IMG/VR virus record: IMGVR_UViG_3300022777_000088
DNA: 64,000 bases
Reading direction: 5' to 3' (one strand)
Source: a virus
Shown here: piece by piece, positions 55,472 through 63,965 of the stretch
How the letters are laid out: each line of letters starts with the position of its first letter
Numbering within the stretch: position 1 is the first letter of the stretch
The notes under the pieces: generated by a model
What the model saw: only the letters and a program-made list of their open reading frames with translations
Told to the model about the DNA's origin: nothing
The model's database searches: none
Made by a program: the position numbers and the translations under genes

Positions 55472-56121
55472 GTATTGCATGGGAAGGGTCACACTCATAA
55501 TCAGTCCAAGTGGCGTGAATGTACTACTCTCTCTTTTTTGTGGCGGGCATGATCGGCCTCATCGCTGCAAGCTGTTACCTCATACACAAACTCAGTGACT
55601 GATCCACAACCTGGGACCGTTGTGGCTCGCAAGGGGCCGATCGGTACAGTCCGGTCGGCCCTTTTGCATTTTGTGTGAACTCGGAACAACTTGTGGACTG
55701 TGCCTATATAAGCAATGCAACATTATGGAGGGGGACGCTCGGTGGCTTCCGGGCCGCTGCCTCGAAAGCAGCTCGGCACCTGCAACACGGTGTGGGGATC
55801 GATACCTCCCCCCTCTGCTCTTTTTGTTTTATCGAAACATTGAATGCCATGAGCGCTCCAATGATGGAAGGCGGTGAACGTGCCGCTGTTCGCCAATCTA
55901 GCCGCTGTGAAGACGTGTGCGGCGTCATTGAGTATCTGAACTGGCGGGAGCAGTATGAAGAGTCCGGCAAGGAAGGGCAGCTCGGTTTTCTCTTCTGCAT
56001 GGCATTCGACGTCGACGACTCTGACATTCGAGATCTTGACGACGACCACATGGCAGACAGCCTCATTCGGGCGACGTACTGCTACGACGATTTTGTGTCA
56101 GAGTCCTAACAAAGTATCGAT

Positions 56122-56208
56122 AGAGGGCGTCCGGCTGGACGAGGAGCCTGTCTTGAAAACAGGTAGCACCTTCACAGGGTGTTAGGGGTTCGAGTCCCCT
56201 GCCCTCTG
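56122..56208 (+). tRNA. tRNA-Ser(TGA), no encoded CCA
   Basis: Acceptor AGAGGGC/GCCCTCT, anticodon stem CCTGT/ACAGG, long variable arm, TTCGAGT loop. Confidence 0.92.
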
Positions 56209-56648
56209 CATGATTCCGTTTCTTGTTCTCGCCGGTCTTGTTTTCGTTTTGATATACGCCCTTGCCTGTTGGCTAGCGAAGGACGCTCCGTATATCGGCA
56301 ACTCGAAGCGAATGAGAGAGATTGATAAGAAACTTCGTGAACTTGAAAACTGGCGCCAGTAGACTTGTATGGGTATTAACACAGACGAGGACCTGAAAGT
56401 TGAGGTTTCCGACTCAAAGCTGGTTAGCGTCGGACACGGCGACTCTGCAACAGAGTGGAAAGTGCGCATTGCGGGGGAAACGTACCGGCGGCAAAAGCAT
56501 TACGACATCAACTGGTACAGGGAAGGTGTCGACGCTGGCAACGGAAAGTATCCCGCGCCCGAAGTTCAAGATCTGTTGGAAGTGATTTTCCGACAGCACC
56601 AGGCAGTTGTGAAAGATCAATGAAGCGGGGAACACCTTTCGCACTGGG

Positions 56649-56670
56649 GCGTGTAAGCAACTGCATTATA
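56649..56670 (+). promoter_or_regulatory. putative early-type promoter GCGTGTAAG-CAAC-TGCATTATA
   Basis: Recurrent motif upstream of ATG 56697. Confidence 0.65.
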
Positions 56671-57192
56671 CTTCCGACCAACCGACATTTTTCATCATGC
56701 TTCGACGACTTGTTGAGTACCTGCTTTCCGCAGGCGTTTACATTAGCTCTTTGGTGCTCATTCTCGCGGGACTGAACGAGTACTCGACAGGAGATGTGAC
56801 GGGGACAGTTCCAATGCTTGTGATGCTTCTTTACGCAGGCGTTGCGGTAGCTTCCGCTCACCACCTTCTGGTTGAGTTTGGGGACGGTATACTTATACTT
56901 GAACCCCAAACCCAACAAAGTCCCAATGACTCGCGACAATCTTCGAGCACGACTTGAAAACGCGCTTCGAGCATCGATAGAAAGAAAGATTGAAGCATAC
57001 GAAGACATTTTGAAAACGGCTGACGTTTCGGCGGTTGAAACGTTTGACAGTCCAGAGGGTCAAATCGTGTTTGAAGTTCGGCGGCGCATTGGGCTTACCA
57101 AACGGCTTGCCGAAGATGCTGGCATGAAGAAGATCGCGAAAAGAGCTGGACGCCTGCTTGAAAGTTTCGAGTGAAAGGTGTATATATAACAT

Positions 57193-57285
57193 AGAGGGTA
57201 GGTGGATATCGGTTAGCCACACTGGCCTGCTAAGCCAGCGGTCACGTTTTGCCGTGGCCTGAGGGTTCGAGTCCCTTGCCCTCTG
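57193..57285 (+). tRNA. tRNA-Ser(GCT), no encoded CCA
   Basis: Acceptor AGAGGGT/GCCCTCT, CTGGC-CTGCTAA-GCCAG, long variable arm. Confidence 0.92.
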
Positions 57286-57751
57286 CTATTTCAAAAACAA
57301 CGCAATGAGAGAAAAAAAGGAAAACATTCGAGAGATTGTGTTGCCTCGAATAGACGGCAAGCTAACCAAACTTGCTGAACAAGAGGATTTGAGAAAGGAA
57401 GAAGATTATGTCAACCACCTTCTTCGTCGACGAAAAAACTTGATGAAGAAGCTCGATGAATATGAATAATTTTCATGTTTTTTATGTCCGAGGAACCAAA
57501 GTACGTACTTCGACTCCGAACTGGCGAAATCTCTTCCGAGAAGGAAATATCAACGGCTCAAGTTCAGTTTTGGCCGGAACTCGCAGAAGAGTTTATGAGT
57601 TCGATTCGGGAGAACTTGGGGAGAGAACCGACGCTTCATCGGGTCGATCTCATGACGAATGAATATCATTCTGAGCATGTCCGAAGACTTGATAACGAAA
57701 GCCACGGCCCGCTTATGAGAAAGGCACTCGACGTTCTCTCGTAAAGAAGAT

Positions 57752-57842
57752 GGAGGGGTGGCAGAGTCTGGTTTATCGCGCCGTCTTGGAAAGGCGGTTG
57801 TCATGAGATATTGGCACGGGGGTTCAAATCCCTCTCCCTCCG
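57752..57842 (+). tRNA. tRNA-Ser(GGA), no encoded CCA
   Basis: Acceptor GGAGGGG/TCCCTCC, CCGTC-TTGGAAA-GGCGG, long variable arm. Confidence 0.9.
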
Positions 57843-57987
57843 CTTTATGAAGATAATCATTCTGGCGAGTATTCTTATCGGCGTGCCGCTTTTCGTATTC
57901 GGGGCGGCATGGGCATATCCGATAGAAGTCCACGAAATGCCAGATAGCTATTCAGAGGCAGTAAATCAGTACAATGATGGTTGAATC

Positions 57988-58443
57988 GTGACTCACATTC
58001 TGGCGTTGCTCTTCTTTTTGAGCATTCTTGAAGAGCCGCCAGAAAGGAAGCAGAGAGAAACGGAAACGCTTCCAAAATACTTCCGAAGAGTCGACGATGG
58101 AAAGCCACTTCGAAAGCTCGTCAATCATAGCGGAAAAGGCCATTTCATTCGCGCAGTCCCTTTCAAAGCACACGCTTCAAATCCCGACACGCTTCAAATC
58201 TATGTTCAAGGGGTTGTCAAAGGTCAGGTCCGGCCAAACCGAAAAAAAGCTGCGAAGGCAGATCTTGTCATCTGGTGCTTTCCGACTCGCTATCCGCACC
58301 CTAACCACATTTTCCCAGAGGCAGAAGGGCGCATATACGTCAATGAAGATCAAAACAGAGAGGTATTTATTGTAGCGACTGAAGATTTTTTCAAACAGAC
58401 TATTCAACAACGAACAGATCTTCATGTCTTATCACCCCGTTGA
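57988..58443 (+). CDS. hypothetical exported protein
   Basis: Hydrophobic N-terminus. Confidence 0.55.
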   Translation: MTHILALLFFLSILEEPPERKQRETETLPKYFRRVDDGKPLRKLVNHSGKGHFIRAVPFKAHASNPDTLQIYVQGVVKGQVRPNRKKAAKADLVIWCFPTRYPHPNHIFPEAEGRIYVNEDQNREVFIVATEDFFKQTIQQRTDLHVLSPR

Positions 58444-58535
58444 CAGGCCGATGTCCGACGGAAAAATGTTGGGAATTCATACAATCTACGAAACTTCCTT
58501 GCTTCATAGCCGTTGCAGACTACGAAGGAAATTTT

Positions 58536-58757
58536 AAGTAGGCTGGTTCGTCGCACTATCGGTAGAGATATGTCGGTAGTGAGGAAGCTCCGGGCACCGC
58601 TGCTCTAATCCGGGAGACGCAAGTCGTTCCTAACCGGAGAGGGTGAAACTTCAAGCAGCCTTATGAACGGGCGGTGAGCAGGCCCAAAATAGGCGGGTAG
58701 AAGGCGATAAGATAGATGACGAACTTAGATGACAGGATCCGGGCTACAGGCTTACTT
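58536..58757 (+). ncRNA. rnpB: minimal RNase P RNA (~222 nt)
   Basis: CR-I GAGGAAGCTCCGGGC, CR-IV GAGCAGGCCCAAAATAGG, AGATAGATGAC, CR-V ACAGGATCCGGGCTAC; P1, P2, P3, P4 (bulged U) and P5 all pair. Confidence 0.85.
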
Positions 58758-58797
58758 AATTTTTGATATACGGGTATTGATCAATAATAAGACTGAT

Positions 58798-59112
58798 ATG
58801 AATTCATACATAAACCTCTTTCCACAAGAAGATAAGAACGTCTCGAAGCGGACCGAAGAAAGTGACTGGAGCCCCGAGTCTATGTCCGAAGTTGTTGTAC
58901 AGCTCAGTCAAGACTTTAAATTCGGACGGCCGACAACAGAGGAGTTTGAAAGTCATGAGGATTGGAAGATCACAAACCGAAGACAAATCGATATCATTGA
59001 TAAAAGTGACGGTTCAAGTGTACAGGGCGAGATTATAGAAGCGAAGTATCGGGGTGACAAAAACTTCGATCAAGAAACCGTTTCGGGTATTGTCCCACGA
59101 GAATATCAGTAA
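58798..59112 (+). CDS. hypothetical protein, paralog of 59146-59442
   Basis: Shared ESDWSP, DW.ITNRR, KYRGDK.F, VPREYQ. Confidence 0.75.
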   Translation: MNSYINLFPQEDKNVSKRTEESDWSPESMSEVVVQLSQDFKFGRPTTEEFESHEDWKITNRRQIDIIDKSDGSSVQGEIIEAKYRGDKNFDQETVSGIVPREYQ

Positions 59113-59145
59113 GCGTATAGGAACACTGAATTCAAAAACTAAACC

Positions 59146-59442
59146 ATGAGCCTCTTCACGAAAGAAGACAGAGAGTTTTCGCAGCGGGCCAAAGAAAGCG
59201 ATTGGAGTCCAACGCCTCCAGTGGTTGAGCAGCTTCGCGAAGACTTCCATAATGGGAACCCGTCGACAGAAGAGATTGAGAATCACAGTGATTGGGAAAT
59301 CACGAATCGGCGGCCAACGACGATATCAAGGGAAGATGCTCCTAGTGTTGAAGCTGAAATCTTCAAAATCAAGTATCGCGGAGATAAAGACTTTGAAACT
59401 GAAATCGTTCCAAATGAATTCGTTCCACGAGAGTACCAGTAA
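59146..59442 (+). CDS. hypothetical protein, paralog of 58798-59112
   Basis: Same shared motifs as 58798-59112. Confidence 0.75.
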   Translation: MSLFTKEDREFSQRAKESDWSPTPPVVEQLREDFHNGNPSTEEIENHSDWEITNRRPTTISREDAPSVEAEIFKIKYRGDKDFETEIVPNEFVPREYQ

Positions 59443-59444
59443 TA

Positions 59445-59810
59445 ATGTATCTTCCTCAAGAAAAGTTAGAAAACGTTGAGTACTACGAGTGTTACACGGG
59501 CGAGATGTCTTATCAAATGGACGGAAAGCCTGTGCAGAAAGACATCATCATTCTTCATTTTGGGGAGTGGACGAAACGGTGGAAGCTCTTTGGACTCACT
59601 GTGTGGTCGAAAACGATGGAAGACCGCACGAAGAAGTTTGTGTTCAAGCGAAACCGCAACGTCAAAGATATAGACGAAGGGCTTTACACTTTTAAGCTCG
59701 ACGAAGAGTTCAAAGAGCTTCGCGCACAACTCGAAGCGTATTTTGATAACGAGTTCTACGAAGTCTACAAAGAGTTGAAAGAGCATGAAATCAATTACGC
59801 GATCAGCTAA
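59445..59810 (+). CDS. hypothetical protein ending LKEHEINYAIS
   Basis: C-terminal HExxY motif. Confidence 0.7.
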   Translation: MYLPQEKLENVEYYECYTGEMSYQMDGKPVQKDIIILHFGEWTKRWKLFGLTVWSKTMEDRTKKFVFKRNRNVKDIDEGLYTFKLDEEFKELRAQLEAYFDNEFYEVYKELKEHEINYAIS

Positions 59811-59852
59811 ATATGAAGATTGGTTGAACGCCGAAACACTCTTCACTTTTGC

Positions 59853-59874
59853 GCGTGTAAGCCCTTGCATTATT
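59853..59874 (+). promoter_or_regulatory. putative early-type promoter GCGTGTAAG-CCCT-TGCATTATT
   Basis: Recurrent motif upstream of ATG 59898. Confidence 0.65.
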
Positions 59875-59897
59875 AATCAACTGACCCCGCAAAGTCA

Positions 59898-60164
59898 ATG
59901 GAACTCACCGAAGAAGATCGCGAAGCATTTCATAATCAAGCGGACAAAATCGCTGACGCGGTCGACGCGAAGGAAGTGAATCGCGAAGACCACGAGCGTT
60001 CCGTTGCGTCCGTGTTCTTTGCGCTTGACGAGAACGACGAAGCGATTATGGCAACGGTGAAGATTCTTCCTCGCCACCGTTTTTTCGTTCAGTCGCTTGA
60101 AGGACGCACACGCACCACACGGCGTGACGAAGCGGTTGAAGCGGTCAATAGTGCTCTTTCGTAA
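59898..60164 (+). CDS. hypothetical protein
   Basis: First gene after the promoter-like motif. Confidence 0.65.
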   Translation: MELTEEDREAFHNQADKIADAVDAKEVNREDHERSVASVFFALDENDEAIMATVKILPRHRFFVQSLEGRTRTTRRDEAVEAVNSALS

Positions 60165-60184
60165 CCAACAACTAACCCAAAGCT

Positions 60185-60652
60185 ATGTCTGGAACGTATA
60201 CGGAAATCACAGAGCGGGAAATGGACGAAGTGCTCGTTCAAGATCTTGGGTTTCGCAAGGCAGCCACCTTTGGCGAGGACGCTAAAGAGAAGGTGTATGA
60301 CTACCAGTTCGACACCAAGAGCGGCGAGCGGCTCGCTATTGTCGTGTACTCGTCCATTGACGAGCGCACGGGGGTTTCTCGCGACAGCGGGAACGACGCT
60401 ATTCGCGTCGTGCTTATGTGGCGGAACACGAAAGGTTTTGAGTGGAAGGCGATTGGATCCACGAAGCGTGTGAACCGCATTGACACGTGGCGCAAGAACC
60501 TTCGCAAACGTTTGTCCAACTGGACGGATATGTTTGAAGGCAAGTGCAAGTCGTGTGGCGCTCCGCTTACGGTTCGAAGGGGGCAGTACGGAAAGTTTCT
60601 TGGTTGCACCCGGCACAATTCGTCAGATTGCGGATACACTGAGAGCTACTGA
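60185..60652 (+). CDS. protein with C-terminal topoisomerase-type Zn ribbon
   Basis: CKSCGAPL..R.GQYGKFLGC...C. Confidence 0.8.
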   Translation: MSGTYTEITEREMDEVLVQDLGFRKAATFGEDAKEKVYDYQFDTKSGERLAIVVYSSIDERTGVSRDSGNDAIRVVLMWRNTKGFEWKAIGSTKRVNRIDTWRKNLRKRLSNWTDMFEGKCKSCGAPLTVRRGQYGKFLGCTRHNSSDCGYTESY

Positions 60653-60842
60653 GATGTCATACTTTCTTCTCGGCATCGGTTCAATCATGCTCGCTGACGA
60701 AGACAGCGTTGTTGTCGGTGGGGTTCTGATTTTACTCGGCCTGTTTCTCTTTCTTTTATGAAAATGTGAAGAAAGAGGTTTAGGAGAAGTCTCGAAACCG
60801 GCGGCTCTGAATACTTATAAGTAAACACAAACTCTCTATACC

Positions 60843-61283
60843 ATGCGACCAGCAGGCAACTTTCAGTATCAACCCGCTTTTGAGCTTGGCAACGACGACT
60901 CCGCAAAAGAGCTTTTGGAGTTTGAAGATGTTGCTGAAATCACCGACAGCAAAGAGATTTGCCGTACGATTATCGATTACGAGTTTGAAGACGAAGAAGC
61001 TCAAGTCCTGTACGGAGAGATTGGCGACACGGAAGGGACGGCAAAGTTTTTCATCCGAACGGTCTTCGACGACGAGGGGCTGCTTGAAGAAGCGAAGGTG
61101 TACGTTCCGGAAGACCAAGAGGAGTACCCAACGGCGAACGAGTTCTTTGCTGGACTAAATGCTCCAGAAGACTCTGACGCTGCGGAGAAAGCAAGCAGGG
61201 TTGAAGATATTGCCTACAACTTCAAGACGGGAACAATCATGATTCTCGACGTCGACGAACTGAAAAAGCAAGCTGAAGAATGA
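60843..61283 (+). CDS. acidic hypothetical protein, paralog of 61280-61663
   Basis: Y.P.FEL, VYVPEDQEEYP vs LFIPENQEDYP. Confidence 0.7.
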   Translation: MRPAGNFQYQPAFELGNDDSAKELLEFEDVAEITDSKEICRTIIDYEFEDEEAQVLYGEIGDTEGTAKFFIRTVFDDEGLLEEAKVYVPEDQEEYPTANEFFAGLNAPEDSDAAEKASRVEDIAYNFKTGTIMILDVDELKKQAEE

Positions 61284-61663
61284 AATACGCAGGACGAGTT
61301 ATTTACGATCCGTACTTCGAGCTTTCCGAAGAGGCGGCAAACGCTTTGACTGGAAAGCCTCAAATCGAAGAGGAAGTCGGTGAGATTGAAGATTGGGAGA
61401 CGATCGCCGACTTCATGGAACAGGACGCCGATCAAGTCGTGACCTTTATTCGGCTTGAAGGCACGGAAGGCAGCCTCAAGATGTTTCTCAAGTTCGACCC
61501 GGAAGACTTGAGTACGGTCAACTTGTTCATTCCCGAGAATCAAGAGGATTATCCGGCGTTTGAAGAGTTTCAGAGCGAGTTCTTTTCTGACGACCCGGAT
61601 CTCGATAATCTAAACGACACGGCCGAAACGTTCCTTCATGGACAACCAGCGACAGAGGATTGA
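61280..61663 (+). CDS. acidic hypothetical protein, paralog of 60843-61283
   Basis: Same shared motifs as 60843-61283. Confidence 0.7.
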   Translation: MKYAGRVIYDPYFELSEEAANALTGKPQIEEEVGEIEDWETIADFMEQDADQVVTFIRLEGTEGSLKMFLKFDPEDLSTVNLFIPENQEDYPAFEEFQSEFFSDDPDLDNLNDTAETFLHGQPATED

Positions 61664-61880
61664 GCAGATTGACAGTCTCATTGTTCAACTTCTCGAAGAA
61701 CGGGCTGAAGTCGGGGAAGAGATTGCTCGAATCAAACGGCGGCGAGGTCTTGACATCGAAGACTCCGGTCAAGAGCAAACCGTTATTGACAGGGCGCAAG
61801 AGCAAACCGACCTTGACGTGGAAGGGGTGTTTCGTGAAATCATTGAAATGACGAAAACCGAAATGCGAGACAATACATAA
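61638..61880 (+). CDS. AroQ-type chorismate mutase-like protein
   Basis: RQRIEQIDSLIVQLLEERAEV..EI..IK...G..IED..QE..VI...VFREII. Confidence 0.8.
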   Translation: MDNQRQRIEQIDSLIVQLLEERAEVGEEIARIKRRRGLDIEDSGQEQTVIDRAQEQTDLDVEGVFREIIEMTKTEMRDNT

Positions 61881-61994
61881 TGTATGAGAGGATGGAATGA
61901 CGATCACATGCGTAAAGCTGGAGAAGTGAACTACCAACTTCTTTCCTATGTCGTCATCTTTCTCATGGCGATCACACTTTTGATTTTGCTATAA

Positions 61995-62071
61995 GCCGCC
62001 GTAGCTCAACTTGGTAGAGCAGCCGACTTGTAATCGGCAGGTTGTAGGTTCAAGTCCTATCGGCGGCTCCA
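61995..62071 (+). tRNA. tRNA-Thr(TGT) with encoded CCA
   Basis: GCCGCCG/CGGCGGC acceptor, GCCGA-CTTGTAA-TCGGC. Confidence 0.95.
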
Positions 62072-62099
62072 TTTCTTTATCACAACTGTTTCCAGTAAG

Positions 62100-62561
62100 A
62101 TGGATAGAAAGTCATTTCTGAGGAAAGTGTCGGATGTTCTGTTTATCTCAGCGGTGGTTTTTTTCGTCTTGGCTATTATGTCAAGTGGCGTGAGCTGCAG
62201 CATAGAAATCGACACTTCGCAAGTCGACATTGAGCGGGTGAGGTTTGTCACTCCCGACACGTATTTTCCGTCAGAGGTTCAAGTCAAACACCGCAACGTT
62301 GGAGACAGTCCGATCCGATCAATCCGTCACACAGTTGAATACCATTCGCCAGTTGTAGATACGACCTACTGGACACGAGAAATCATCTGCCGGTACGGCG
62401 GCGACGGCCTCCAGCCCGGAGAACTAAGCCATAACACCCGTTGCGATTGGAAGGATGGAAACGTTCCTCCAGTTCGCGAGCGAGTCGATAGAGAGCCGAA
62501 CGCATCCCTTTTCTTTACCGATGTATCCATATCTCCAGTTGCCGATTCAACAGGAATGTGA
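62100..62561 (+). CDS. membrane-anchored, possibly lipoprotein-like protein
   Basis: Hydrophobic N-terminus ending SGVSC. Confidence 0.6.
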   Translation: MDRKSFLRKVSDVLFISAVVFFVLAIMSSGVSCSIEIDTSQVDIERVRFVTPDTYFPSEVQVKHRNVGDSPIRSIRHTVEYHSPVVDTTYWTREIICRYGGDGLQPGELSHNTRCDWKDGNVPPVRERVDREPNASLFFTDVSISPVADSTGM

Positions 62562-62692
62562 GGGCACAGTTTCCGGCCGCCACATGTTAGAATACGATGA
62601 AGACGGAACATTCTGGTGCGACGCCTGTGGAAGACAGTACCAATACGAAGACGAAAGTCTCGTTCCCTACGGGCAAAGCCAAAAGGCGGAAA

Positions 62693-63022
62693 ATGAATCA
62701 GATTCCGTATTACCATCGGGGTAACTATACGGAGTTTCCGGAAGATACGATCATCAAAGAGAAAGACCATGCCGGTGGGCACACGACTTATTATGTGTTC
62801 GTCGGCCGCACGCTTGTTCGGACAAAGCGAACTCACATGAACTCTCCACATTACAGTTTGGCGCGCCGACTGAAAGAGCAGTACGGTCAAGACTTGGCGG
62901 GACCGAAACATCACTGGAATCCGCTTGACCACCGCATTGACGATTACACGGGCGATAAATACAGCGTGGACACGCCAGCAGAGTTCGTTGAAATGCAATC
63001 TCATGAAGCCGAGTACGCGTAA
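62693..63022 (+). CDS. hypothetical protein ending MQSHEAEYA
   Basis: C-terminal HExxY motif. Confidence 0.65.
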   Translation: MNQIPYYHRGNYTEFPEDTIIKEKDHAGGHTTYYVFVGRTLVRTKRTHMNSPHYSLARRLKEQYGQDLAGPKHHWNPLDHRIDDYTGDKYSVDTPAEFVEMQSHEAEYA

Positions 63023-63023
63023 T

Positions 63024-63233
63024 ATGTTTTCTTCTTCATCCGAAAACACTTTTTTGGGGAACTACAACACTTCATCTTCAGCGACTCGTTCAGATATAAT
63101 CAACTACTTTCGCGTTCGTTGGCGAAAACAGGGGTTCAAAAGTTATGAGATAGATTACATGGTCGAAAGAAGACTAAAAAAAGTGAAATCTGTTGCAGAT
63201 GGACGAAGCAAATCGAGAATGTCTTTCATTTGA
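63024..63233 (+). CDS. hypothetical protein with FKSYEIDYM motif
   Basis: YExxY variant. Confidence 0.55.
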   Translation: MFSSSSENTFLGNYNTSSSATRSDIINYFRVRWRKQGFKSYEIDYMVERRLKKVKSVADGRSKSRMSFI

Positions 63234-63348
63234 AGAGAAGCTTGAGGCTTTTCCGTACACGATCGGAAATGATTATGAAGCGGGGACTGTCAAAAAGCAT
63301 GAAACCGAATACATGATGAACAACATGAGACTTCCAGCCAATGATTGA
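63199..63348 (+). CDS. 49-aa protein with VKKHETEYMM motif
   Basis: Translated by hand. Confidence 0.55.
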   Translation: MDEANRECLSFEEKLEAFPYTIGNDYEAGTVKKHETEYMMNNMRLPAND

Positions 63349-63655
63349 CCCGACCGACACAGTTATTTGGGCGACCCGGACAATGGGGCGCGACGACAAT
63401 CAAGACCATCCGGAGAACATCCAGACGGAGATCGAAGAGTTTTATCGCCGTGGACAGACGTATCTTGTGAAGCGGCGAAAAGAGGGCAGCGACCGGCAGA
63501 TGCTTACGGAAATCATTGAATACAGTCCGGATGGCGTGTCCCCGACAGTCATGAAGTATGCGGGAACTCGATTTTCCGATAACGTCGTGAGGCAGTTTAT
63601 CGCCTGCTATCAGCGAGGAAAGGCGGCACGATTTTCTGAGGAAGCGCTTCCGTAA
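63341..63655 (+). CDS. hypothetical protein
   Basis: ORF. Confidence 0.65.
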   Translation: MIDPTDTVIWATRTMGRDDNQDHPENIQTEIEEFYRRGQTYLVKRRKEGSDRQMLTEIIEYSPDGVSPTVMKYAGTRFSDNVVRQFIACYQRGKAARFSEEALP

Positions 63656-63658
63656 AGA

Positions 63659-63871
63659 ATGTACGTCACAAAGGACACTTTCAGGAGAGATCCATTGCCA
63701 CCGCCGAACAAGACTCGCGTTGAAGGGGGAACTCGATACAAATGCGGCCTTTGCGGAAGTGATATGAAGAAACGGTGGATATTCTTTGGCGACAAAACAT
63801 GTGTCAACAACGACTGTTTAAGCCACTACCTGAAAGGGCACGAGCTATCCTACTTGAAAGAGGCTCTGTGA
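63659..63871 (+). CDS. Zn-ribbon protein ending LKGHELSYLKEAL
   Basis: CGLC...CVNNDC plus C-terminal HExxY. Confidence 0.65.
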   Translation: MYVTKDTFRRDPLPPPNKTRVEGGTRYKCGLCGSDMKKRWIFFGDKTCVNNDCLSHYLKGHELSYLKEAL

Positions 63872-63949
63872 ACGGCTATGAGCGGTTCTAAGAGAGTCAC
63901 ATACGACAAGTACCCATTCACACCCCACTAAAATATCCATCTACTTCGT

Positions 63950-63965
63950 TATATTTATAAGTGAA
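63950..63965 (+). promoter_or_regulatory. putative late-type promoter
   Basis: TATATTTATAAGTGAA. Confidence 0.5.
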
